DNA of 46,353 bases. Origin: a virus. Shown piece by piece: positions 9,224-16,019 of this stretch. The notes beneath the pieces are model-generated. The model did not search any database. It saw only the letters and a list, made by a program, of their open reading frames with translations, and was not told where the DNA came from. Positions within the stretch are counted from its first letter, which is position 1. Each line of letters begins with the position of its first letter. The position numbers and the translations under genes are program-made. The DNA lies in the IMG/VR virus record IMGVR_UViG_3300045988_042187; one strand, written 5' to 3'.

Positions 9224-9502
9224 ATGGCAAAAAGGCCCTACCTTGATGACCTCCAGACAGCACGCCTCTGGGCAAAGGTCAAGGCCCTGGTTTCTCCTTT
9301 GAGCTCCAGAGTGACCACACTGGAGGGGCAGGTCCAGACCAACACCACGGACCTCTCCGGCCTGGCCACCCGTGTCCGCACGCTGGAGCTGAAATATGAC
9401 ACCAATGTCACCGGCAACTCCTGGAGCGTGGCTTTCACCAGCCTCTCCGGCGTGGTGGTCACCGGTGTGTGGAATGAAAGCCAAGGGAGGATTGAGTTTT
9501 AA
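9224..9502 (+). CDS. Small coiled-coil protein sharing the C-terminal module of fibre protein 6873..7667
   Basis: 34 of its last 51 residues are identical to the C-terminus of ORF 6873..7667 (hand alignment), ending VVVTGVWNE..GRIEF. Confidence 0.65.
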   Translation: MAKRPYLDDLQTARLWAKVKALVSPLSSRVTTLEGQVQTNTTDLSGLATRVRTLELKYDTNVTGNSWSVAFTSLSGVVVTGVWNESQGRIEF

Positions 9503-10054
9503 GTGCCCAACTATGACATCATACCGCTTGCCACTGATCTGCTGGACTACACCATCCAGCGGGTCAAGGTCAAAGAGCCCCAATACACCAAGGTCAAGGC
9601 CTATGTGATGGAAAACGGCCAGATGGTGGAAAAGGAGCTCTTTGAGAAAATCAAGGATGACGGCAAGCCTCACTTTCCCAAGAGCCAGACTTTCCACATG
9701 TGCGCTGACATGCAGCGCATGGCCAGCGCCATCCTCCAGAAATGCAACTCCGCTGATGGCCGTTATTTTGAAACTGAGTATGAGGAACGCCTCAAGGACC
9801 TTGATGAGTTCATCGTCCTCTGCGACACTCTCAACCAGTACATCAACCTGAGCTATAAGCGCAAGTACATCTCTGGTGACCAGTGCCACTACTGGGCAGA
9901 GCTGGTGCGCCCGGTCCGTCAAAAGGCTTTCAACTGGAAACGCAATGACAGCAACCGTGCCGCCGCTCTGCGTGAGGCAAAGGCCAACCAGGAGCTTGCC
10001 AAAATGGGCCAGATGGCCCAGCAAATTGCTGAGGCCCTGGCCCGCAACCCCTGA
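9503..10054 (+). CDS. avd: Avd-like DGR accessory protein (four-helix-bundle family) with an insertion
   Basis: Lies immediately upstream of the TR. The segment HFPKSQTFHMCADMQRMASAILQKCNSADG resembles the FPK..e....q..RAa.Si..NiaEG signature of Avd / S23-IVS four-helix-bundle proteins. Basic C-terminal helix. Confidence 0.55.
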   Translation: MPNYDIIPLATDLLDYTIQRVKVKEPQYTKVKAYVMENGQMVEKELFEKIKDDGKPHFPKSQTFHMCADMQRMASAILQKCNSADGRYFETEYEERLKDLDEFIVLCDTLNQYINLSYKRKYISGDQCHYWAELVRPVRQKAFNWKRNDSNRAAALREAKANQELAKMGQMAQQIAEALARNP

Positions 10055-10109
10055 AAGGATATACCAGCCGAGAGCTGTTATATTTGGGTATGACCTATTT
10101 TTCCACTGT

Positions 10110-10210
10110 GCTCCCCGAACACGAACAACACCAACAACGCCGTTTACTTGAACACCAATGGCAATGTCAACAACAACAACTGCACCAACACCAACGGGTC
10201 CCGCCCCGCT
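10110..10210 (+). repeat. DGR template repeat (TR), 101 nt with 34 adenines
   Basis: Aligns without gaps to 11928..12028 and, over its 3' 65 nt, to 19007..19071. In the target frame it encodes 14 AAY (Asn) codons and ends with GGGTCCCGCCCCGCT, which is shared by all three copies. Confidence 0.9.
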
Positions 10211-10435
10211 CTGATGGTAAGGCCTGACTGAGTAGGCCCAAAGCCCAAAACCGTGCCGTCCATCACATCAAAGGAGGTCATACCCAGCCTTGGTGAGGCC
10301 AAGGCAAACACATTGCGCTGATGCCCCGCTGCTTTCCAGAAAAGTGGCGGGGCTACTGGTCCTATCATGCGGCACCTACACAGCGCATGAGGAGAGGCTG
10401 GCCAGCCGAACACTGATAGGGGGCCATCCGTTTGT
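10211..10435 (+). ncRNA. TR-to-RT spacer, probably the structured part of the DGR RNA
   Basis: Non-coding and rich in GC stem-loops (GGCCTgactgagtAGGCC, GCCTTGGtgaggCCAAGGC, GCCCCGC...GCGGGGC). This is the position where DGR RNAs carry their priming spacer. Confidence 0.45.
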
Positions 10436-11461
10436 ATGAAATTTTCTGAAATATGCACCTTTGCGGTGATCTATGCGGCATACCTGGCCGCCCGGCGGGG
10501 CAAACGCTCCAGAGCCGCCACCGCACACTATGAGGTGCGCCTGCTTGAGAACATCGTCAACCTGGTCTATATCCTAAAAACCAAGATTTACAGGCCCGGT
10601 GTGTTTCGTGTGTCCTATGTCTATGAGCCCAAGAAAAGGCTGGTGCAGGCACCCGCTTTTGTGGACAAGGTGGTCCAGCACGCCATAGTGGACAATCTCC
10701 TCTATGACCGCATCACCCGCAGTTTCATCCTGGACAACTACGCATCCCAAAAGAACAAGGGCCTGCACTTCGGCCTGGACCGGCTCAAAGGATTTTTCAC
10801 GGACTACTGGAATAAGCACCGCACCGCTGAGGGCTGGGTGCTCAAGTGTGATGTCCGCCATTTCTTTGCAAGCATCAACCATGACAAGCTCAAGGAAAAG
10901 CTCAAAAAGCTGGACCTTGAGCCTGTTGTTTATGACCTGCTTTGCATCTATATTGACTGCTCTGACGGCCTGCCGCTGGGGTATCAGACATCACAGCTCT
11001 TTGCCCTCCTGTTCCTGGATGACTTTGACCACTTCGTCAAGGAACAGCTCCACATCCAATACTATGGCCGCTACATGGATGACTTTTTCCTCATCCACCC
11101 GGACAAGGAATACCTGCAATTCTGCCTCCGGGAAATACGGGCCTACATGGATAGCCTGGGGCTGGAACTGAATGAGAAAACCCAAATCTTTCCCATCCGC
11201 AATGGCATTGACTTTTTGGGCTTTCACACCTACCTGACGGAAAGCGGCAAGGTCATCCGCAAGCTGCGGCACAGCAGCATCAAGCGGATGCGTGCCAAGC
11301 TCCGCCACTGGGAAAAGGAATACCCGGCGGGCCTGGTGACCCGTGAGCAAATCCTGCAATCCTGGCAGGCGTGGGATGCCCACGCCGCACATGGCAACAC
11401 TTGGGCCCTGCGCCAACAGGTGCGGGACCGTGTGCAAAATATTCTAAAGGAGGAAATCTGA
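10436..11461 (+). CDS. DGR reverse transcriptase
   Basis: Contains YMDD (GRYMDDFFLIH) and the DGR-type motif 4 (LPLGYQTSQLFALLFL). Adjacent to a TR/VR pair. Confidence 0.92.
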   Translation: MKFSEICTFAVIYAAYLAARRGKRSRAATAHYEVRLLENIVNLVYILKTKIYRPGVFRVSYVYEPKKRLVQAPAFVDKVVQHAIVDNLLYDRITRSFILDNYASQKNKGLHFGLDRLKGFFTDYWNKHRTAEGWVLKCDVRHFFASINHDKLKEKLKKLDLEPVVYDLLCIYIDCSDGLPLGYQTSQLFALLFLDDFDHFVKEQLHIQYYGRYMDDFFLIHPDKEYLQFCLREIRAYMDSLGLELNEKTQIFPIRNGIDFLGFHTYLTESGKVIRKLRHSSIKRMRAKLRHWEKEYPAGLVTREQILQSWQAWDAHAAHGNTWALRQQVRDRVQNILKEEI

Positions 11462-11464
11462 TCT

Positions 11465-12685
11465 ATGGCCACAACCACCCTGGGCAACAAAGCCGTGGGC
11501 AGCATCATCCAGCTTAAGGAAAACGGCAAGCTGGTGAGCTTTTATGTTGCCAAGCACAACTATGAAAACGGCCTCAACGGAATGGGCCGCACGCTGGTGG
11601 TCCGCAAGGACTGCTATGACACCCGCCAGTGGCACAGCTCCAATGTCAATGCCTACGCCTCCAGCGCCATTGATAGCTGGCTCAACGGCACCTACAAAAA
11701 CCTGCTTGATGCAGACATCCGTGGGGTCATCGGCACCACGAAAATCAAGTACACCCCCGGCAACGGCAACAACACCGTTGGCACGCTCCAGCGGGCCATT
11801 TTCCTGCTGTCTGCCACTGAGCTGAACAGATCGGCAAGCTGGTTTAATGTGGAGGGCACGGCGCTGGAAATCGCCAGCTCTCTCCAGATCGCCTACATGA
11901 ACGGCTCCGCCGTTGTTCAGTGGACCCGCTCCCCGGGCACGGGCAGCACCGTCAGCGCCGTTTGCTGGAACATCGTTGGCGGTATCAACAACGGCGGCTG
12001 CACCGACACCCACGGGTCCCGCCCCGCTTTCACTCTCCCCTCCACCCTCTCTGTGAGCGATGACGGCACTGTGTCCGTCAACACTGCGCCCACCATCACC
12101 AGCTCCACGGCCAACGGCTCCAACCTTGGCACCAAGACGGCGGGCTTTAACTTCCAGTACACGGTCAACGATGTGGACGGGGACGCTGTGACGGTCAAGG
12201 AGTACCTGGACAATGTGCTCAAGCGCACCTACACCGCAACCCTGGGCCAGGTCAACACATTCCAAGCTGTCACGGCTGCCAACTGGCAGAAAATCCTCAA
12301 CGGCTCCCACACCCTCAAGGTGGTGGCCTCTGACGGCAAGGCTGACAGCGCCGCCTACACGGTGACCTTTGCCAAAAAGGTGACCAAGGCCACTGTCACG
12401 CTGGCAGCGCCGCTGGCGGCGGATGATGCCATTTCTGTGATGGTTATGAACATCGTGGGCACCCTGCCTGCGGATGCGGTCATGGAGGTGCTGGTCACCA
12501 ACAACGCCAAGGACACCACCCCCGTCTGGGAGGATGCCACGGCGGATGTCAAGAATGGCGCAAACCATGTGTTTACCAATAAGACCGCCGCCAACGGCTT
12601 TGCGTTCAACTTCAAGCTCTCTGTTGAGCGTGGAGCCAGCGACACCGGCGGCTATATTTCTAACATCGGAGGTGCTTTTGAATAA
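11465..12685 (+). CDS. DGR target protein 1: N-terminal variable ligand-binding domain (ends ...CTDTHGSRPAF) followed by about 215 aa of Ig-like-looking C-terminal domains; probable receptor-binding or fibre protein
   Basis: Contains VR1 and has a strong RBS. Its N-terminal ~190 aa are paralogous to ORF 18592..19173. Location in the fibre module. Confidence 0.85.
   Translation: MATTTLGNKAVGSIIQLKENGKLVSFYVAKHNYENGLNGMGRTLVVRKDCYDTRQWHSSNVNAYASSAIDSWLNGTYKNLLDADIRGVIGTTKIKYTPGNGNNTVGTLQRAIFLLSATELNRSASWFNVEGTALEIASSLQIAYMNGSAVVQWTRSPGTGSTVSAVCWNIVGGINNGGCTDTHGSRPAFTLPSTLSVSDDGTVSVNTAPTITSSTANGSNLGTKTAGFNFQYTVNDVDGDAVTVKEYLDNVLKRTYTATLGQVNTFQAVTAANWQKILNGSHTLKVVASDGKADSAAYTVTFAKKVTKATVTLAAPLAADDAISVMVMNIVGTLPADAVMEVLVTNNAKDTTPVWEDATADVKNGANHVFTNKTAANGFAFNFKLSVERGASDTGGYISNIGGAFE
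11928..12028 (+). repeat. DGR variable repeat 1 (VR1)
   Basis: Hand alignment to the TR gives 22 mismatches in 101 nt. Of these, 19 are at TR adenines and 3 are at non-A positions (11967, 11973, 11984). Confidence 0.9.
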
Positions 12686-12873
12686 TGGCTGTTTACTATG
12701 ACAACACAAGCCTCAAGGCAAAGCATGAGCGCAAGCGTTCCCTGGAGGAACTGACCAAGGAAAACAAAGAGCTCAAGACCCGGCTCCAGGCAACGGAGGA
12801 GGACCTGACCAACACCCAGGTGGCCCTCACGGAGGTCTATGAGATGCTGGCGGGAGGTGGAGAGAATGGCTAA
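12685..12873 (+). CDS. Small coiled-coil protein
   Basis: ORF with a GGAGG RBS and an ATG overlapping the upstream stop. Confidence 0.55.
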   Translation: MAVYYDNTSLKAKHERKRSLEELTKENKELKTRLQATEEDLTNTQVALTEVYEMLAGGGENG

Positions 12874-12979
12874 GGTATATGCCGCCCTCATCCGCAAGGG
12901 CCTCAAGACCCTGGATGATGTCCCCGCCAACCTGCGTGACGCTGTTGCCAAGCTGCTGGAGGAGAGCACCGATGCGTGA
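12866..12979 (+). CDS. 37-aa XkdX/CD1375-like small protein, copy 1 (below the ORF-track length cutoff)
   Basis: Translated by hand as MAKVYAALIRKGLKTLDDVPANLRDAVAKLLEESTDA. Paralogous to the next small ORF. Confidence 0.55.
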   Translation: MAKVYAALIRKGLKTLDDVPANLRDAVAKLLEESTDA

Positions 12980-13028
12980 GCTCCGCCTGCGGCTTGCTTT
13001 ATTTCTGTTGAGAAAGGAGGTGCAAGAC

Positions 13029-13145
13029 ATGGCTGTTGTGTATGCTACCCTCATCATCAAGGGCCGCAAGACCATTGACCAGGTGCCCGCTCTGCTGCGT
13101 AAGCAGGTGGAGGAAATCCTGGCAGACCTGGAGGTTGAGGTCTAA
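13029..13145 (+). CDS. 38-aa XkdX/CD1375-like small protein, copy 2
   Basis: MAVVYATLIIKGRKTIDQVPALLRKQVEEILADLEVEV, with an AAAGGAGG RBS. It is an internal ATG of track ORF 12879..13145. Confidence 0.6.
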   Translation: MAVVYATLIIKGRKTIDQVPALLRKQVEEILADLEVEV

Positions 13146-13161
13146 AGTCCCAGCCCAGCAG

Positions 13162-13198
13162 GAGGGGCACACCCGTGCGGTGTGCCCCTCTCACTTTT
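13162..13198 (+). terminator. Stem-loop terminator after the fibre/DGR operon
   Basis: Perfect 11-bp stem GAGGGGCACAC / GTGTGCCCCTC with a 7-nt loop, followed by TCACTTTT. Confidence 0.6.
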
Positions 13199-13220
13199 GG
13201 ACAACAGGAGGACAAAAAGG

Positions 13221-13559
13221 ATGCTGGAAACGCTGAGGAGCTACTGGTCTATCATCTCCACCATCATCACTGTGGTAGCCGTCCCCGCCGTTGGCTACCT
13301 CTACAAGAAATACAAGCAGGCAGACGCACGGCAAAAGGCGGTAGAGCTGGGAGTCCAGGCCCTCCTCCGTGACCGCATCGTGCAATCCTATTATCACTAT
13401 GAGGAGCGTGGCTGGATAACTCTGCACGGCCTTGAGAATGTCAATGCCATGTATAAGGAGTACCACGCTCTGGGCGGCAATGGCACCGTGACGGCGCTGG
13501 TCAATACCATCCATGAGCTTGAGGTCCGGGACGATAAGCGCCCCGCCTCTCAGGCCTGA
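13221..13559 (+). CDS. Membrane-anchored lysis-cassette protein (one N-terminal TM helix)
   Basis: The ATG at 13221 has a GGAGG RBS. The track start at 13182 lies inside the terminator stem. Position precedes the holin and endolysin. Confidence 0.6.
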   Translation: MLETLRSYWSIISTIITVVAVPAVGYLYKKYKQADARQKAVELGVQALLRDRIVQSYYHYEERGWITLHGLENVNAMYKEYHALGGNGTVTALVNTIHELEVRDDKRPASQA

Positions 13560-13576
13560 GCTGGAGAGGAGGGCGC

Positions 13577-13855
13577 ATGGAGTTTTCAAAGAAAATGCTG
13601 GTGCTGCACATCTGCATTTCCGTCCTCCTCTGCATCACCACGATAGTGGGGACGCTCACGGACCATGATGTCACAGCCATTGCGGCGCTCACCGGCACCT
13701 CTTTTGTGACAGATGGTGCCTGGGGCGGCTTTTACTACTGGAAAAGCAAGAATGAAAACCGGGCGAAATACGCCCAGCGTTTTCTCAACAAGTTTGCGGA
13801 CAAGTACGGTGCTGATGCGGCCCTCCGGGCCACTGAGATCGTGCTGAAAGATTGA
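13577..13855 (+). CDS. Holin-like protein (two TM helices and a charged C-terminus)
   Basis: Hydrophobic helices MLVLHICISVLLCITTIVGTL and VTAIAALTGTSFV...GGFYYW, then a Lys/Arg-rich tail. Lies directly upstream of the endolysin. Confidence 0.7.
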   Translation: MEFSKKMLVLHICISVLLCITTIVGTLTDHDVTAIAALTGTSFVTDGAWGGFYYWKSKNENRAKYAQRFLNKFADKYGADAALRATEIVLKD

Positions 13856-13874
13856 GTAAAGGAGGACATGCTCA

Positions 13875-14852
13875 ATGACTGAAAAAGAACTCCGGCAGAA
13901 AGTTGTGGACACTGCGGTGAGCTATCTGGGCTGCAAAGAGGCCAACGGCTCCCACCGCAAAATCATTGACCTCTACAACTCCCACAAGCCCCTGGCCAGG
14001 GGCTATGCGGTGAAATACACGGATGCCTGGTGCTCCACCTTTGCATCCGCTGTGGCCATCGCCTGCGGCCTCACGGACATCATCCCCACGGAGTGCGGAT
14101 GTGAGCGCCACATTGACCTTTTCAAAAAGCTGGGCTCCTGGGTGGAGAATGATGTCTATGTACCCAGCCCTGGTGACTACATTTTCTATGACTGGCAGGA
14201 CGGCAGCAACTACGCCGCCACGAACAACACCGGCTCTGCGGACCATGTTGGTATTGTGGTGTCCTGCGATGGCAAGACCATTAAGGTCATTGAGGGCAAC
14301 ATGAGTGATGCCGTTGGCTACCGCAAGCTGGCCGTCAATGGCCGCTACATCCGGGGCTTTGGCGTGCCCAAGTACGCCTCCAAGGCCACCTCTGCGCCCT
14401 CCGGCGGCGGGGAGGCACCCACGCCTGGCAAGGATGAAGAGCCCACTCCTGGGCTTGCTGTGGGCTCCGTGGTGACCTTTACGGGCACCAAGCACTATAT
14501 CAGCTCCATGGCCGTCAACGGCAAGAGCTGCAAGCCCGGTGAGGCCAAGGTCACCGCTGTGGCCAAGTCCGGCAAGCACCCCTACCACCTCATCAAGACC
14601 ACCGGCAGCTCCTCCACCGTCTATGGCTGGGTGGATGCCGCTGATGTCAAGGAAGTGGTCCCGGCCATCGTCAAGGGCTCCAGGGTCAGGGTGGCCAAGG
14701 GAGCCAAGACCTACAACGGCGGCAGTCTGGCCTCCTACGTCTACACCACCACCTACACCGTCATTCAGATTGACGGCTCCCGTGTGGTCATCGGCATCAA
14801 CGGAGTGGTCACGGCGGCTGTCAACATCAAGGACCTCACGCTGGTGGGGTAA
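13875..14852 (+). CDS. Endolysin: N-terminal CHAP/NlpC-P60-type domain plus two SH3-like cell-wall-binding repeats
   Basis: Cys motif YTDAWCSTFASAV, His motif ADHVGIVV...IEGN, and two C-terminal repeats (GSVVTFTG...YGWVDAADV and GSRVRVAKG...AAVNIKDL). Confidence 0.85.
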   Translation: MTEKELRQKVVDTAVSYLGCKEANGSHRKIIDLYNSHKPLARGYAVKYTDAWCSTFASAVAIACGLTDIIPTECGCERHIDLFKKLGSWVENDVYVPSPGDYIFYDWQDGSNYAATNNTGSADHVGIVVSCDGKTIKVIEGNMSDAVGYRKLAVNGRYIRGFGVPKYASKATSAPSGGGEAPTPGKDEEPTPGLAVGSVVTFTGTKHYISSMAVNGKSCKPGEAKVTAVAKSGKHPYHLIKTTGSSSTVYGWVDAADVKEVVPAIVKGSRVRVAKGAKTYNGGSLASYVYTTTYTVIQIDGSRVVIGINGVVTAAVNIKDLTLVG

Positions 14853-14864
14853 AGGAGGAAATCT

Positions 14865-15239
14865 ATGACTACTTCCATCATCCATCTGGCCGTTGGCCTG
14901 GTGCTCCTGGTGGCCGTCGACATCGTGCTGGGCAGCCTCAACGCCCTCTTTGACGGCAGTTTCGACAAGGTGAAACTCCGCAACGGCACCATCAAGGGCA
15001 TCATCGTAGCGGCCTGTTTCATCGCCTTTTACATGGCAGGCTGGCTCAACCCGGACATCATCGCCATTGAGGTGGATGGGCAGACCGTGAACTTGATGAC
15101 CGCCTCCAACCTGGCGCTGCTCACGGCCTATGCGCTCTATGCCAAAGATGTATTTGTGAAATTGAAAAAACTAATCTTGAGCAAGACCCCCGGCACGCCG
15201 CCGGAGGAGCTTGCCGCAGAACAAGAAACTGCTGAATAA
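14865..15239 (+). CDS. Second holin-like membrane protein (three TM helices; TcdE/phage_holin_4-like)
   Basis: The segment VDIVLGSLNALFDGSFDKVKLRNGTIKGIIV resembles the lDyiTG...k.lsS..g..G..KK signature. Lies directly after the endolysin. Confidence 0.65.
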   Translation: MTTSIIHLAVGLVLLVAVDIVLGSLNALFDGSFDKVKLRNGTIKGIIVAACFIAFYMAGWLNPDIIAIEVDGQTVNLMTASNLALLTAYALYAKDVFVKLKKLILSKTPGTPPEELAAEQETAE

Positions 15240-15243
15240 GACG

Positions 15244-15281
15244 AAAGCCGGAGAGGGTCAAACCTCTCCGGCTTTTTTTTG
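15244..15281. terminator. Bidirectional rho-independent terminator between convergent operons
   Basis: AAAGCCGGAGAGG-gtcaaa-CCTCTCCGGCTTT followed by a T8 run, with an A-run on the other side. Confidence 0.85.
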
Positions 15282-15283
15282 CT

Positions 15284-15664
15284 TTATAGGGTGATGTCCT
15301 GGCCTGTGCTGTCTATCTGCTTTTTAAGGGCGTAGAGCTCTTTGCTTTCCTTGCCGCCCAAAAACCAAACGGCCACATGTTTGTCCCCATAGGTGAAAAC
15401 TGCATACCACTTGACCGCATTGGTGCGGGAAGTGTTTGGACTGGTGCCTCTGTACTTGGCCGCAAAATTGCGCTCATCCATGATGTCCAAGCTGTCAACC
15501 TTGGCCAGCGGCAGGGTCACGCTGGGGCCCTCCACCCGGCGGAACACCAGCGCCTCCGCCGTCTGCTCCATAAAGCAAGGCGCATCCTGGGCAAAGCCGG
15601 GCAGGCCCTCATAGTGCATGAGCCGGATGCCCTCCGGCAGCGGTGCCTTTTTCTTTCCGAACAT
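15284..15664 (-). CDS. Hypothetical 126-aa protein, possibly with a bacterial PH-like fold; second gene of the only minus-strand operon
   Basis: The ATG at 15664 has AGGAGG 7 nt upstream, preferred to the track start at 15694. That RBS overlaps the stop of the upstream gene. Confidence 0.65.
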   Translation of the reverse strand: MFGKKKAPLPEGIRLMHYEGLPGFAQDAPCFMEQTAEALVFRRVEGPSVTLPLAKVDSLDIMDERNFAAKYRGTSPNTSRTNAVKWYAVFTYGDKHVAVWFLGGKESKELYALKKQIDSTGQDITL

Positions 15665-15675
15665 GTCAAAACCTC

Positions 15676-15987
15676 CTATGCTGATCTGACCCAAAAATTG
15701 AGATGGTGGATGTACTCCTCCAGTGGCACACCCTCAATGCTTTTCGCATCATTGCGGACTATATACTGCATCCAGGTCTTGCGGCCCTGCAATTTGACTT
15801 TTCCCAAGTACGCTCTGGGGCTGCTCACGGAGAGAGCGCCATTGGCCATGCGGCTGATGGTCAATGCTACGCTTTTATGCCCCTGACGCAGTGCCGCTTC
15901 CAGAGCTGTCAAGAAAGCCTCCTCATCCGGCGTGACTGACCACCTGCGGCTGCTCTCCGTTGTATAGCGAATATACACCCAGCTCAC
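15676..15987 (-). CDS. Hypothetical 103-aa protein; first gene of the minus-strand operon
   Basis: GTG-initiated ORF downstream of a near-consensus minus-strand promoter. No HTH or other motif recognised. Confidence 0.6.
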   Translation of the reverse strand: MSWVYIRYTTESSRRWSVTPDEEAFLTALEAALRQGHKSVALTISRMANGALSVSSPRAYLGKVKLQGRKTWMQYIVRNDAKSIEGVPLEEYIHHLNFWVRSA

Positions 15988-16019
15988 CGTCCTTTTCTGT
16001 TTATTCTTGACTTTTCTCC

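Noticed and set aside
10144-10458. Minus-strand ORF covering the TR and spacer.
   Set aside because: It has no RBS and lies antisense to the TR. The region is explained by the DGR template and RNA.
10436-11461. The RT as a retron, group II intron or Abi-type defence RT.
   Set aside because: A TR and two VRs with adenine-specific mismatches, the SQ-containing motif 4 and an Avd-like neighbour all point to a DGR. No intron RNA domains, maturase or endonuclease domain, or msr/msd-like inverted repeats were seen.
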